Shown: in pieces, positions 8,304 to 17,493 of the stretch
How the letters are laid out: each line of letters opens with the position of its first letter
How positions within the stretch are numbered: position 1 is the stretch's first letter
Source: an uncultured Bdellovibrionales bacterium
GTDB lineage: Bacteria; Patescibacteriota; Minisyncoccia; Moranbacterales; UBA1568
Direction of reading: 5' to 3'
Length of the DNA: 64,000 nucleotides
Assembly (NCBI GenBank): GCA_964500505.1
Contig: CAZCNN010000003.1
Coordinates: 176 to 64,175 of the forward strand
Position numbers and translations under genes: made by a program
Notes under the pieces: model-generated
Told to the model about the DNA's origin: nothing
The model's database searches: none
Seen by the model: only the letters and a program-made list of their open reading frames with translations

Positions 8304-9338
8304 ATGACAAATATTCCCCACCAGCTCCGCAATCACATATCCAAAGAAGAAGCTCTCAAAAAATTGTCTGAGGAGTCGTTTTCGCGTCGAGTCATTTCTT
8401 TTTACCGCTACGTTATCATTGGTGACCCGGTGGCTCTGCGGAACGAATTGTTTGCCGAATGGCAAGATCTCGGGTGTTTGGGGCGGATCTACGTGGCCAA
8501 AGAAGGGATTAATGCTCAAATGAGTGTGCCCGAGCCAAATTTTGAGAAATTTCGTGAACTACTCTATGCGCGGAAAGAGTTTACTGATGTGCCGTTCAAA
8601 GTGGGGGTAGAGCAAAATGATGAAGCCTTCTGGAAGCTGACTATCAAAGTGAAGCGTCAGATTGTGGCTGACGACCTTAAACCCGAGGACTACGATGTCA
8701 CCAATGTTGGGACACATCTGTCAGCCCGAGAATTTAATGAGCTGCTCGAAGAACCAGAGACGGTGGTGGTGGACATGCGTAACAACTATGAATCAGCTAT
8801 CGGACGCTTTGAGAAAGCGATAACGCCAAATGCTTTTACGTTTCGGGAGGAGTTACCTCTGGCAAAGGAGGTGCTTCAGGGTAAAGAGGACAAAAAAGTA
8901 CTCCTCTATTGTACTGGTGGAATTCGTTGTGAGAAGGCGAGTGCCTATCTCAAACACCACGGTTTCAAGAACGTATACCAGCTCCATGGTGGCATCATTG
9001 ACTACAAGCACCAGATAGAGCGTGAGGGCTTGCCATCGAAATTCAAGGGCAAGAATTTTGTGTTTGATGAGCGCCTCGGTGAGCGGATCACGGATGATGT
9101 CCTCGCCCACTGCTACCAGTGCGAGACGGTTTGTGATGACTATACTAACTGCGAGAATCTGGAGTGTAACCTCCTCTTCATCCAGTGTGCTTCTTGCAAA
9201 GACAAATTTTCTGGTTGCTGTAGTGTCGAATGCCAAGCCATTGTTGCTTTACCTGAGGCTGAGCAAATAAAACGACGCAAGGGTAAAGTGTTCCCCAAAA
9301 ACGCCCACGTTTTCAAGAAAAAAATTGCTCTTGTATAA
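8304..9338 (+). CDS. trhO: Rhodanese-domain tRNA uridine(34) hydroxylase (TrhO/UPF0176)
   Basis: GRIYVAKEGINA, DMRNNYE, YCTGGIRCEKAS, GKNFVFDER and a Cys-rich C-terminus. Confidence 0.88.
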   Translation: MTNIPHQLRNHISKEEALKKLSEESFSRRVISFYRYVIIGDPVALRNELFAEWQDLGCLGRIYVAKEGINAQMSVPEPNFEKFRELLYARKEFTDVPFKVGVEQNDEAFWKLTIKVKRQIVADDLKPEDYDVTNVGTHLSAREFNELLEEPETVVVDMRNNYESAIGRFEKAITPNAFTFREELPLAKEVLQGKEDKKVLLYCTGGIRCEKASAYLKHHGFKNVYQLHGGIIDYKHQIEREGLPSKFKGKNFVFDERLGERITDDVLAHCYQCETVCDDYTNCENLECNLLFIQCASCKDKFSGCCSVECQAIVALPEAEQIKRRKGKVFPKNAHVFKKKIALV

Positions 9339-9380
9339 GGAATCTTCCTTTTTTGGCTTGGTTCGGCTATGCTAATAAGT

Positions 9381-11018
9381 ATGAAACAAGCCCTTCAGAA
9401 GAAAATTGAAATGGCTCTCCAGGCGCTCCAAGAGGCAGGAGCCTTGCCTGTTTTCGTGCTTCCTCCGGTTTCGGTTGAACGACCCAAGGATGATCGGTTC
9501 GGAGAATATACGACGAACGTCGCTTTGGTCTTGTCCAAACTGGCCAAGAAGAGTCCAGTGGATATCGCGGAACTTCTGAAAGAAAAGATCCTGAATCAAC
9601 CTGCCCGAAACGCTTCGCGTAACGATGCGGGCGGGGCTCAGGATGACGAAGCGTTATTTCAAAACATTGAGATTGCTGGGCCTGGCCATCTCAACTTCTA
9701 CTTGGCGCAACATGAAATTGGAAAAGGAGTTGCTACGATTCTCAAGGAAGGGAAAGAGTATGGTGGGAGCACGCTCGGTCAGGGCATCAGAGTGAACAAT
9801 GAATTTATTTCTGCCAATCCGACGGGACCACTGACGGTAGGGAATGGTCGCGGAGGGTTTTATGCTGATAGCGTGGCACGAGTACTTCGCAAAGCAGGCT
9901 ATGAGGTGACCAACGAATACTACGTGAACGATGCTGGCGAACAGATCATGAAGCTTGGTCATAGCGTCCTTAAGGATGCCGAAGCGGTCTATGGTGGAGA
10001 CTACATCGAACAGTTAGCAGGAGCGAACCAGCAAACGGGTGTACGAGAGACGGGTGAATGGGCCGCCAACGAAGTACTGGAAAACATGATCAAGAAGTCG
10101 GTCGCAGAAAAAATGCAGATTCATTTTGATATGTGGACCTCGGAGAAGAAACTGATTGCGGATGGCTACGTCGAGCGGGCTATCAGTATCCTGAAAGAAA
10201 AAGCATTGACCTTTGAAGAGGACGGTGCCCTGTGGCTTCGGACGACAGAGTTCGGTGATGACAAGGACCGGGTGCTCGTGAAGAGTGACGGATCCAAAAC
10301 CTACTTTGCTTCTGATGCGGGCTACATTCTCCATAAGATGGAGCGGGGATTTACGGTGTTCATTGAAAGTTGGGGGGCCGATCACCATGGCTATATCAGT
10401 CGCTTCAGAGCGGTTGCACAGGCGCTCGGCTTTACTGGTGACATCCGGTTTCTCATCGTACAGCTGGTCAAGGTAGTGAAAGACGGCGTCGAAGTGAGGA
10501 TGAGTAAGCGCGCGGGCAATGTTGTGACCATAGATGAACTGATCGAGACAGTCGGGCATGATGTGGCCCGCTTCTTCTTCCTCATGTACGCCCCAGAGAC
10601 GCACATGAACTTTGATCTTGGTCTCGCCGAAGAACGCTCGCAGAAGAATCCGGTCTACTATGTGCAGTATGCGCATGCGCGACTCTCGAGTATCCTCAGG
10701 AAAGCAGAAGAGGAGGGAATTTCTGGTCGTGGTGACCCCTCGCTTCTCGTACATGTCAAAGAGCGTGAACTCATTCGGGAGCTGATGTTTTTCCCAGAGC
10801 TCGTAGAGACGGTGGCGACGGACTACTCTGTTCACAAGCTCCCTCAGTACGCGATGAAGCTGGCTGACAAGTTCCATTCGTTCTATGATGCTTGTCGAGT
10901 GATTGATAGTGAAGAGAAGGAGCTCAGTACTGCTCGATTGGAGCTGGTGCGAGCGACGCGAATCGTCCTCGCCGAGACGCTCACGCTTATGGGTATCAGT
11001 GCGCCAGAAACAATGTAA
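9381..11018 (+). CDS. argS: Arginine--tRNA ligase
   Basis: EFISANPTGPL, EYYVNDAG, WGADHHGY, MSKRAG, YYVQYAHAR, C-terminal APETM. Confidence 0.97.
   Translation: MKQALQKKIEMALQALQEAGALPVFVLPPVSVERPKDDRFGEYTTNVALVLSKLAKKSPVDIAELLKEKILNQPARNASRNDAGGAQDDEALFQNIEIAGPGHLNFYLAQHEIGKGVATILKEGKEYGGSTLGQGIRVNNEFISANPTGPLTVGNGRGGFYADSVARVLRKAGYEVTNEYYVNDAGEQIMKLGHSVLKDAEAVYGGDYIEQLAGANQQTGVRETGEWAANEVLENMIKKSVAEKMQIHFDMWTSEKKLIADGYVERAISILKEKALTFEEDGALWLRTTEFGDDKDRVLVKSDGSKTYFASDAGYILHKMERGFTVFIESWGADHHGYISRFRAVAQALGFTGDIRFLIVQLVKVVKDGVEVRMSKRAGNVVTIDELIETVGHDVARFFFLMYAPETHMNFDLGLAEERSQKNPVYYVQYAHARLSSILRKAEEEGISGRGDPSLLVHVKERELIRELMFFPELVETVATDYSVHKLPQYAMKLADKFHSFYDACRVIDSEEKELSTARLELVRATRIVLAETLTLMGISAPETM
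9587..9647 (+). repeat. Nested palindromic elements within argS
   Basis: Outer GATCCTGAATCAA / GCTCAGGATGAC hairpin interrupted by cctgcccgaaacgcttcgcgtaacgatgcgggcggg (9600-9635); encodes ILNQPARNASRNDAGGAQDD. Confidence 0.8.
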
Positions 11019-11027
11019 AACAAAAAA

Positions 11028-11183
11028 ATGATCAATCGTTTGCCGAAACAGTATCGGGAAAAGTACAAGAAGAAACGTGGTTGGGATGAAGAGCTCATCA
11101 TGTTCGCTTTCAAGGTGGTCGGTTCGACGGCGCTTGTGTTTATCGTAGCGGCCGGAGTAGATGTCTATCATCTCATTCATTAA
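11028..11183 (+). CDS. Small membrane protein (51 aa)
   Basis: MINRLPKQYREKYKKKRGWDEELIMFAFKVVGSTALVFIVAAGVDVYHLIH fills the gap between argS and the phosphatase. Confidence 0.55.
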   Translation: MINRLPKQYREKYKKKRGWDEELIMFAFKVVGSTALVFIVAAGVDVYHLIH

Positions 11184-11187
11184 GGGT

Positions 11188-11754
11188 ATGCCCCAGATCA
11201 CGTTTTATCTTGTGCGTCATGGCGAAGCGGAAAACAATGTGCTTCATATCTTAAATTCGGCCGGGGCTAAGAAGGAATACTCTTTGACTGAAAAGGGCCG
11301 AGCGCAGGCGAAACAAGTAGCGGCGTATTTGGCGACTGTAGGGGCCGATGCACTCTATAGTTCGCCAATCCTCCGGGCTAAAGAAACCGCCGAGGCGATT
11401 GCCGAGACGACGGGACTCTTGATCCAGTTCGATGACCGGTTGTGGGAGGTGGGAATGGGGCGTTTTAACGAGCAATCGCAGGAGGAGCTTCTCAAGAAGT
11501 ATCCCGAGCCACAGATGCGCCTCACGCCTGACACCGAGGATGAGATGGAGAGTATACTCCTGGTCCATGGTCGCCTGGGATCCTTTCTCAAGGAGATCAA
11601 GGACAAACATACTGGCCAAAAAGTAATCTTGGTATCACATGGGGACCCACTCGAACAACTGCACGGCATCCTCACTCGCGAGGGACCGGGGCGAGCAGCT
11701 GAAGGGTGGTACCCTGAGAAGGGATCTTGTACGGAAGTGGTCTGGCAATACTGA
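11188..11754 (+). CDS. Histidine phosphatase (phosphoglycerate mutase-like) family protein
   Basis: LVRHGE, SSPILRAKETA and LVSHG motifs. Confidence 0.92.
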   Translation: MPQITFYLVRHGEAENNVLHILNSAGAKKEYSLTEKGRAQAKQVAAYLATVGADALYSSPILRAKETAEAIAETTGLLIQFDDRLWEVGMGRFNEQSQEELLKKYPEPQMRLTPDTEDEMESILLVHGRLGSFLKEIKDKHTGQKVILVSHGDPLEQLHGILTREGPGRAAEGWYPEKGSCTEVVWQY

Positions 11755-11838
11755 GAGAGGCGTCGCGGGACGCTTCTTTTCTTTTGCCTCTGAGAGTGGT
11801 ACGGTTGAAGCATCTTGGCTTCTCAGAGGAGAATCACC

Positions 11839-13158
11839 ATGCAGTTCCTTATCATGCTGTTGATGGGACTCCTTACGGGGAGTGCCGTAGCGTACGAGAT
11901 GAACTCGGTACCTGACCAGTCGTTTGTGGCGCATCCGTGTGATCGCTACACCCGCTACTTTACGGAGTGCCTGCGACTGTATGAAGCAAGAGACCGAGCG
12001 CAAGCGGAGTCACTTCGCATCGTGCGGGTGGTGGATACTCGGGGTCGTGCTACTTTGGTACGCGAGTTCGTGCTCATTGCTTATGACCTCGAAGGGGAAG
12101 GATGGCACACCATCAGGCTCACGATGCCCCTGGTGGGGAATAGCACCTTTCAGCCGACGGTGCTCACGCCTGGGTATACGGTGCGTCGGATCAAGGGTCA
12201 GAGCTTCAACAAGATGTTTTTTCAGGTGACCTGGGCGGGACGTGAACTCCGGACCTATGGAGCGAAGCATCTCTCGCTTCCCGAGGACTTTCGGATCAAG
12301 CACCCGGATGCGATGACTCTCGAGGCCATAGAGGTGATCTATCTCTCGACACCCCCTCACCTCGTAAACCCCGAGTTTGTCCAAGCAGGGCAGGAGTTCG
12401 TCGTGAGGAAAACAGAAGAGGTACTGGCTGAACTTAAAGCGGAAGGAGTGCTGTCACGTGCTTATCCGGGCCGCCTCGTGTCAGCCGTCATCCATCCGTG
12501 GGTGCCACTTCACCTCGTCCTGGCTGAACAGGTTGACCCATGCCTCCTCAAGAGCCGTAGTCGCGTCTGTCAGCGGTTGATACCGGAGAACCCATTCCGA
12601 AGCGATGACGAAGTGATGCAGGCAGTGCTGACCGAGTTTGTCGTGAATGGCGAAGACGCCTTTCGCTATCTTGTCTCGAGTGGCAAGGCTCGGGGAGCGC
12701 TCCAATTCACCAACACCTATCGGGGCACAGCTCCCGGGACCTATGACATAGTGCGTCTTGCCTATCCACAGGCAGTGCTCGATCCTGATTTCCGGAGCGG
12801 GACTGAGGATTTTCGGAATAGCCTCAAGATGGCCATCCTCTTGATAGACATGGAGCTCGCGTATGGGAGCACACCAGCGTGGGTGCGCCAGGCGTTCCTC
12901 GAGGACTATCGACTGGGACTCCTCTGTCCGGCCGCCGCCTACAACGGTGGGGCGCAACAGTGTCGCAAGTTTGGGACACTGGTCGCTGAGTACCGGAGAG
13001 CACGGAGTCTCAGGGAAGTGACGTTTCATACGCTCACTGATGGCCATTTTCTCTCTTGGGTGGCACGGAGTCCCTGGGCCTTCAATCCGGAAACACACGT
13101 ATATCTCGAGAAGATTCTCCAGGTCTTCGGATCGGGACTCCTCCGAGAGACCAAGTAG
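11839..13158 (+). CDS. Exported protein with lytic-transglycosylase-like C-terminal motifs
   Basis: Signal peptide, GAGGAG SD, ARGALQFT and AAYNGG motifs similar to SLT. Confidence 0.55.
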   Translation: MQFLIMLLMGLLTGSAVAYEMNSVPDQSFVAHPCDRYTRYFTECLRLYEARDRAQAESLRIVRVVDTRGRATLVREFVLIAYDLEGEGWHTIRLTMPLVGNSTFQPTVLTPGYTVRRIKGQSFNKMFFQVTWAGRELRTYGAKHLSLPEDFRIKHPDAMTLEAIEVIYLSTPPHLVNPEFVQAGQEFVVRKTEEVLAELKAEGVLSRAYPGRLVSAVIHPWVPLHLVLAEQVDPCLLKSRSRVCQRLIPENPFRSDDEVMQAVLTEFVVNGEDAFRYLVSSGKARGALQFTNTYRGTAPGTYDIVRLAYPQAVLDPDFRSGTEDFRNSLKMAILLIDMELAYGSTPAWVRQAFLEDYRLGLLCPAAAYNGGAQQCRKFGTLVAEYRRARSLREVTFHTLTDGHFLSWVARSPWAFNPETHVYLEKILQVFGSGLLRETK

Positions 13159-13225
13159 GACACGCGGTTTTGTCACTGACAGACCGCTTTTTTCTTGCCC
13201 AAATTGCCCATGGTATGATGGGGGT

Positions 13226-14296
13226 ATGAATACGATCATCAAAGAAACTTTGGACCTGCTCCCGGGCGGACTCCTCATCACAGACTTGGATTCTCGGGTC
13301 CTCTATGCCAGTGCGGCGCTCGAACGTCGGACAGGTTTTGCGGTAGCGGAAATCGTCGGAAAAAAGCCAGGCGAGCTCTGGGGTGGTCGGATGCGGAAGC
13401 AGTTTTATACAGCACTCTGGCACACCATCGGCGGTGAGTGTCAGCCCTTTGTCGGTGAAGTAGCGAACACCCGGAAGAATGGCGCCAAGCATGACGAGCA
13501 CATCTATATCCTCCCTATCCGCGATGGTAGAGGCACTACCCGATACTTTGCCGAGGTCCATCCTGAACTCACCTCGAGAGAGAGCGAGCTCATGTTTGCT
13601 CATGAATTTCTCGGCCGGACCAAGGGTCAGTCTCAAGACGCTCCATTTTTCGACTGGCTGTTCACCCGTCTCGCTCGGAGAGAAAATGGGGAAACACGAT
13701 CATTCCCTGCGCTTGGTACCGATACGCTCATTGATCCCGCGACCTTTCTCTATCAGTCATTGATCCTCCCGACCGAACAGTTGTATGCTCGGCGACGTGA
13801 TGACGCACTCCTCATCGCTCGAGCCAAGGAAGACCCAGAGCAGTTCTCGGCCCTCTACAAGAAGTATGCCCCTTCGCTTCGAGAATATTTCTTGAAGCGT
13901 CTCTCTGGAGAGCGGATCTTGGCTGAGGATCTTCTCCAAGAGACGTTTCTCCGGGCCTTTCGTTATCTCCCGACGTTTCGCTCGGCCAATGCTTCGTACT
14001 ATACCTATCTCCTCCGGGTGGCGCACAGCGTCCTCGTCAATCAATTTCGGAAGGAACGATATGAAACGGTAGCGCTCACTGGGAACGAAGAAGAGAGAGT
14101 GGCTGAGGAAGGTCGGGTGTGGCCAGACCTCGAGTCTCTCCTCCTCAACCTGTCACCGCTTGAGCGTGAGATTATGCTCATGAAGTACCGAGATGGGCTC
14201 AAGGTGCGAGCTATCGCCACGGAGGTCGGGAAAAGCGAGAATGCGGTCAAATTGATTCTTTCCCGGACCCGGAAAAAGCTAAGAGTAAGGAGCTAG
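13226..14296 (+). CDS. PAS domain-ECF-type sigma-70 factor fusion
   Basis: N-terminal PAS (ITDLDSRVLY...TGF...EIVGK...FY.ALW..I...GEVAN.RKNG); sigma region 2 (AEDLLQETFLRAF) and region 4 (LSPLEREI...IATEVGKSENAVKLILSR). Confidence 0.85.
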   Translation: MNTIIKETLDLLPGGLLITDLDSRVLYASAALERRTGFAVAEIVGKKPGELWGGRMRKQFYTALWHTIGGECQPFVGEVANTRKNGAKHDEHIYILPIRDGRGTTRYFAEVHPELTSRESELMFAHEFLGRTKGQSQDAPFFDWLFTRLARRENGETRSFPALGTDTLIDPATFLYQSLILPTEQLYARRRDDALLIARAKEDPEQFSALYKKYAPSLREYFLKRLSGERILAEDLLQETFLRAFRYLPTFRSANASYYTYLLRVAHSVLVNQFRKERYETVALTGNEEERVAEEGRVWPDLESLLLNLSPLEREIMLMKYRDGLKVRAIATEVGKSENAVKLILSRTRKKLRVRS

Positions 14297-14324
14297 ACTC
14301 TCGGCGTCGGACAAGCTAATAGGT

Positions 14325-14349
14325 AAGGTGTCATGATGACACCTTTTTT
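14325..14349 (+). terminator. Intrinsic terminator-like hairpin after the PAS-sigma gene
   Basis: aaggtgtc-atgat-gacacc followed by a T-run. Confidence 0.6.
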
Positions 14350-14408
14350 GCTTTTTGGTGTTTCATAAGGAGCAAGTCACAGTTTACAAAATGTAATAGC
14401 AAAGCACT

Positions 14409-16523
14409 ATGCCACTCTACAAAGTCCAGAAGCGGAACGGCTCCATTGTCGACTTTGAGCTCGAGAAGATACATGATGCCATAACCAAAGCGGCGGAGGC
14501 AGTGGGGAATCTCGATAAAGCGGTGCCCGAGGCTCTCCTTATGGAGACCGAGGTCACCCTCGAAGAACTCTATGGAGAGGAAATCCCAACGGTCGAGCAG
14601 ATCCAGGACGTTGTCGAGGACGTCCTTATCCGGTTTGACTACGCTGAGATGGCCAAGGCCTACATCCTGTACCGAGAGAAGCGTCGAGAAGTTAGGGCGG
14701 ACAAGAACGTGGTGGTGGAGGTACAAAAGACCATCGATGAGTACCTGGGCAAGCTCGACTGGCGCGTCAATGAAAATGCCAATCAGGGGTATTCGCTTGG
14801 GGGGCTCATCTTGAATACGGCCGGGAACGTGGTCGCCAACTACTGGCTGTCCCATATCTACCCCAAAAATGTCGGTGAAGCTCATCGCAATGGTGACTAT
14901 CATATCCACGACCTCGCTATGTTTTCGGGTTACTGCGCCGGCTGGAGTCTCCGGGCGCTCCTCGAAGAAGGATTCAATGGGGTACCAAACAAGATAGAGT
15001 CAGCACCACCCAAGCACTTGTCTTCGGCTGTTTCTCAGATGGTGAATTTCCTCGGGACACTCCAGAACGAATGGGCGGGTGCCCAGGCATTTTCGAGCTT
15101 CGACACCTACATGGCACCGTTCGTGAAGAAGAAAGAGCTAGAGCTCCGAGAGAAGATCGCCAAGTATCATATTACCTTTGCCGGGAAAAAGGCCAAGGAG
15201 CAGTACATCGCCGATGAGGTGTACAACTATGTCTATCAGAACCTCCAGTCATTTGTCTTCAACCTGAACATCCCGTCACGCTGGGGTACCCAGACGCCCT
15301 TTACCAACATTACGCTTGATTGGGACTGCCCAGCGGATATGAAGGACAAACGTCTCCTCCTCGGAGGCCAACCGTTTGAGTATACCTTTGGCGAACTCCA
15401 AAACGAGATGGATATTGTCAATCGCGCCTTTATCGAGGTGATGTCGCGAGGCGACGCCAAAGGGCGGACCTTTACCTTTCCGATCCCGACTTACAACATC
15501 GGCAAGGACTTTGATTGGGAGAGTGAGAAGAATCTGCCACTCTTTGAGATGACCGCCAAATATGGCACACCGTACTTCCAGAACTTCGTCAATTCTGAGC
15601 TCAATCCGAGTGATGTCCGCTCCATGTGTTGTCGGCTCCAGCTCGATCTCCGTGAACTGCGGAAGCGGGGTGGGGGACTCTTTGGGTCGGCGGAGATGAC
15701 GGGCTCAATCGGGGTGGTGACGATCAATGCTGCCCGTATCGGCTACCTCGCCAAGGGCGACAAGGACAAATTCTTTGCCCAGGTGGATCGACTCATGGAA
15801 CTGGCCAAAACCTCGCTTGAGATAAAGCGTAAAGAAATTCAGAAGTGGATTGATGCCGGACTGTTCCCGTATACCAAGCGCTACCTCGGCTACCTCAAGA
15901 ATCACTTTTCGACTATCGGGGTGAATGGCCTAAACGAAGCAATCCGAAATTTTACCGACGACCAAGAAAACATCACGACGGACTGGGGTCATGACTTTGC
16001 CCTTGAGGTGCTCACGCACATGCAGGAAAAGATTAAGTCGTTCCAGGAGGAGACACACAACTTCTACAACCTCGAGGCGACACCAGCTGAGGGCACAACA
16101 AATCGCTTTGCCAAGGAAGACAAGAAGCGCTTCCCGGATATCCTCCAGGCTGGGACCCCTGACGCTCCCTACTACACCAACTCTTCCCAAGTACCGGTTG
16201 GCTATACGGACGATGTCTTTGAGGTACTCGACCTCCAGGATGACCTCCAGACCAAGTACACCGGGGGCACAGTCCTTCACTGTTATATGAACGAGCGGAT
16301 ATCGACGCCGGAGGCCTGTCGCAATCTGGTCAAAAAAATCCTGACCCACTATCGACTACCGTACATCACTATCACTCCGACGTTTTCGATCTGTCCCAAG
16401 CATGGCTACCTTTCAGGCGAACACGACTTTTGTCCGAAGTGTGACACCGAGCTCGGTATCACCGGCGAACGCTACGACGAAAGCTATCGGAAGACGTACG
16501 CGAGCGATACTGCCCACAAGTAA
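14409..16523 (+). CDS. nrdD: Class III (anaerobic) ribonucleotide reductase, large part with ATP cone
   Basis: ATP cone (VQKRNG...YILYR), HIHDL, SMCCRL, EATPAEG, YTNSS, CPKH..CPKC; lacks the glycyl-radical motif. Confidence 0.95.
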   Translation: MPLYKVQKRNGSIVDFELEKIHDAITKAAEAVGNLDKAVPEALLMETEVTLEELYGEEIPTVEQIQDVVEDVLIRFDYAEMAKAYILYREKRREVRADKNVVVEVQKTIDEYLGKLDWRVNENANQGYSLGGLILNTAGNVVANYWLSHIYPKNVGEAHRNGDYHIHDLAMFSGYCAGWSLRALLEEGFNGVPNKIESAPPKHLSSAVSQMVNFLGTLQNEWAGAQAFSSFDTYMAPFVKKKELELREKIAKYHITFAGKKAKEQYIADEVYNYVYQNLQSFVFNLNIPSRWGTQTPFTNITLDWDCPADMKDKRLLLGGQPFEYTFGELQNEMDIVNRAFIEVMSRGDAKGRTFTFPIPTYNIGKDFDWESEKNLPLFEMTAKYGTPYFQNFVNSELNPSDVRSMCCRLQLDLRELRKRGGGLFGSAEMTGSIGVVTINAARIGYLAKGDKDKFFAQVDRLMELAKTSLEIKRKEIQKWIDAGLFPYTKRYLGYLKNHFSTIGVNGLNEAIRNFTDDQENITTDWGHDFALEVLTHMQEKIKSFQEETHNFYNLEATPAEGTTNRFAKEDKKRFPDILQAGTPDAPYYTNSSQVPVGYTDDVFEVLDLQDDLQTKYTGGTVLHCYMNERISTPEACRNLVKKILTHYRLPYITITPTFSICPKHGYLSGEHDFCPKCDTELGITGERYDESYRKTYASDTAHK

Positions 16524-16546
16524 TATAAACATTCACACACACTGTT

Positions 16547-16735
16547 ATGAGCCAGGAAGCAAACAATGAGAAGCGCACCCGCTGTGAAATCTGGACGCGC
16601 GTCATGGGCTATCATCGCCCCGTCTCGCACTTCAATATCGGCAAAAAGGCGGAGCACTATTCACGGAAGCACTTTGAGGAATGCGTCGCAGACAATACGT
16701 CTTTTGAGGCGCGCTATGGTGAACAAGCGGCCTGA
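16547..16735 (+). CDS. Separate NrdD C-terminal glycyl-radical peptide
   Basis: CEIWTRVMGYHRPVSHFNIGKKAEH matches the NrdD glycyl-radical loop. Confidence 0.88.
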   Translation: MSQEANNEKRTRCEIWTRVMGYHRPVSHFNIGKKAEHYSRKHFEECVADNTSFEARYGEQAA

Positions 16736-16741
16736 TCAATC

Positions 16742-17449
16742 TTGATGAAGCTCTCAGCTATCCAACGGTTCACGATGCTCGACTACCCCGACAGGGTGGC
16801 CTGTATCGCGTTTACTCCCGGATGCAGTATGCGTTGTGGCTTCTGTCACAACCCCGAGTTTGTGGTGCCGGAGCAGATTCGAGCGCTTGAGTCGGGGTTC
16901 ATCGCGACAGAGACGTTTTTCAATTTTCTCGACCAGCGTAGCGGACTCCTCGAGGGAGTAGTGGTCTCTGGTGGCGAACCGACTATCTGGCCGGACCTCC
17001 CTGATTTCATGCGGGAGATCCAGGCCCGAGGCTTTCTCACCAAACTCGATACCAATGGACGACACCCGGAGATGCTCGAGCGACTCCTCAGCGAGGGACT
17101 CGTTGATTATGTCGCCATGGATGTCAAAACATCGCTCTCAGAATATCCCAAGTTAGTCGGCGGTGGCGTCACCGGGGAGCAGATCATGAGAAGTATCGAG
17201 CTTTTGAAGACAGCAGGAATTCCCTATGAGTTTCGCACCACCCTTATCAAAGAAGTGCATACAGTGGAGGTGCTCGAGGATATGGCCGAGCTCCTCACCG
17301 GCGCCGAGCGTTACTATCTTCAGACCTTTCGTCCGGGACACACGCTTCATCCAACCTTTGCCAAGTACCATCCATTTTCGCGCGCTCTGATGGAAAAGTG
17401 GTGTCTCATGCTTGCTCCGCGGGTGGGCCAGGTGATGATTCGGGACTAG
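16742..17449 (+). CDS. nrdG: Anaerobic RNR activating radical SAM enzyme
   Basis: GCSMRCGFCHN (CxxxCxxC), SGGEPT, KLDTNG. Confidence 0.93.
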   Translation: MMKLSAIQRFTMLDYPDRVACIAFTPGCSMRCGFCHNPEFVVPEQIRALESGFIATETFFNFLDQRSGLLEGVVVSGGEPTIWPDLPDFMREIQARGFLTKLDTNGRHPEMLERLLSEGLVDYVAMDVKTSLSEYPKLVGGGVTGEQIMRSIELLKTAGIPYEFRTTLIKEVHTVEVLEDMAELLTGAERYYLQTFRPGHTLHPTFAKYHPFSRALMEKWCLMLAPRVGQVMIRD

Positions 17450-17493
17450 GGAGGATGAGAAAGGAGAATATGCGTCACTCATAATACAATCCT

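Noticed and set aside
10014-11201. 395-aa reverse-strand ORF and other long antisense ORFs (e.g. 12481-13281, 38076-38900)
   Set aside because: They are antisense to coding genes and have no recognisable motifs.
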